From Octopus bimaculoides (taxonomy: Eukaryota), in contig NC_068985.1 in assembly GCF_001194135.2 (NCBI RefSeq), positions 82,622,272-82,686,271 of the forward strand: a DNA stretch of 64,000 nucleotides, given 5' to 3'. The number at the start of each line of letters is the position of its first letter. Within the stretch, counting starts at the first letter, position 1. Position numbers and translations under genes: made by a program. Of this stretch, positions 63,458 through 64,000 are shown one piece after another. The notes beneath the pieces are model-generated. The model was not told where the DNA came from. It searched no databases and worked only from the letters and a program-made list of their open reading frames with translations.

Positions 63458-64000
63458 CTGAAATATGAAGAAAACATTGTAATTGAGAGGTGTTGACCAT
63501 TTCACTTGGCCACTCTCTCAGCATGGGTTCTCCTTTGATTTCATTTGATTCATTAGGACTGTCTCCTCATGTCTAGTGATTTTGTTAATTGACAGTCTTA
63601 ACTAGTCAGTTATCAGGCCAATTCTTATAGCTATGAAAAATTCACAAGCCAGTGGGAGTACCTCTATGCAGCTCCTGGGTTGGATAGAAATAGCTGCCAA
63701 ATATCCCTTAAATCACAACCTACTCACATAAAAAAGAGAATACTTGATTAACTAGAAAAATGGCTAATTGAAGAATAGACTACACATTCATTATGCATTC
63801 AACATACTGGATTTGCATAGTTGGAATACTTTTGATCATAGATATGCTCAATCCAGGATGACCTGGGGCTAAACAATACTAGTAACAACTATAACACATG
63901 AATAAATGAGAAGAGCAATTTTCAGCTGCGAACCCTTTGGAAATCAAACCTTTTGAGACCGCTCCTTGTTCAATGATATAAACTTTCTGTTGTTTTATAG

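Noticed and set aside
63975-64000. Acceptor-like ttctgttgttttatag at the window end
   Set aside because: Downstream sequence is not visible, so it cannot be evaluated.

Overview
Strongly AT-rich, repeat- and microsatellite-saturated eukaryotic non-coding DNA. The repeat families are most consistent with an octopod (Octopus-like) genome; this is inferred from recalled repeat families, not from a search. No host protein-coding gene can be supported, and almost all listed ORFs are translations of (TA)n, (CA)n, (AAT)n, (ACT)n or (GAT)n tracts or of N gaps. The real coding remnants are transposon-derived: a 5'-truncated R4/Dong-type retrotransposon (61131-63400, minus), an RTE RT fragment with a PHD-like finger, an R2-like RT fragment in frame with a Myb-like motif, a Tx1/L1 ORF2 end, and Penelope, pogo and mariner relics. 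Two tRNA-derived SINE families account for dozens of copies: SINE-A (CORE-like, ~400 bp, internal microsatellite) and SINE-B (~220 bp, (ATT)n tail). Also present are a (GAT)n-tailed RTE-type retroposon, two Helentron-type HINEs, and hAT and piggyBac-like MITEs. Two observations stand out. First, there are three unrelated hammerhead-ribozyme-like elements on the minus strand: one with an intact core at 1717-1824, a minimal Penelope-type one at 38149-38195, and a degenerate one inside a tRNA-headed SINE at about 40074-40118. Second, SINE-B (ATT)n tails repeatedly act as landing pads for (TAA)n-tailed elements. Repeat boundaries were read by eye and are approximate to about 15 bp unless a TSD or TIR is quoted.
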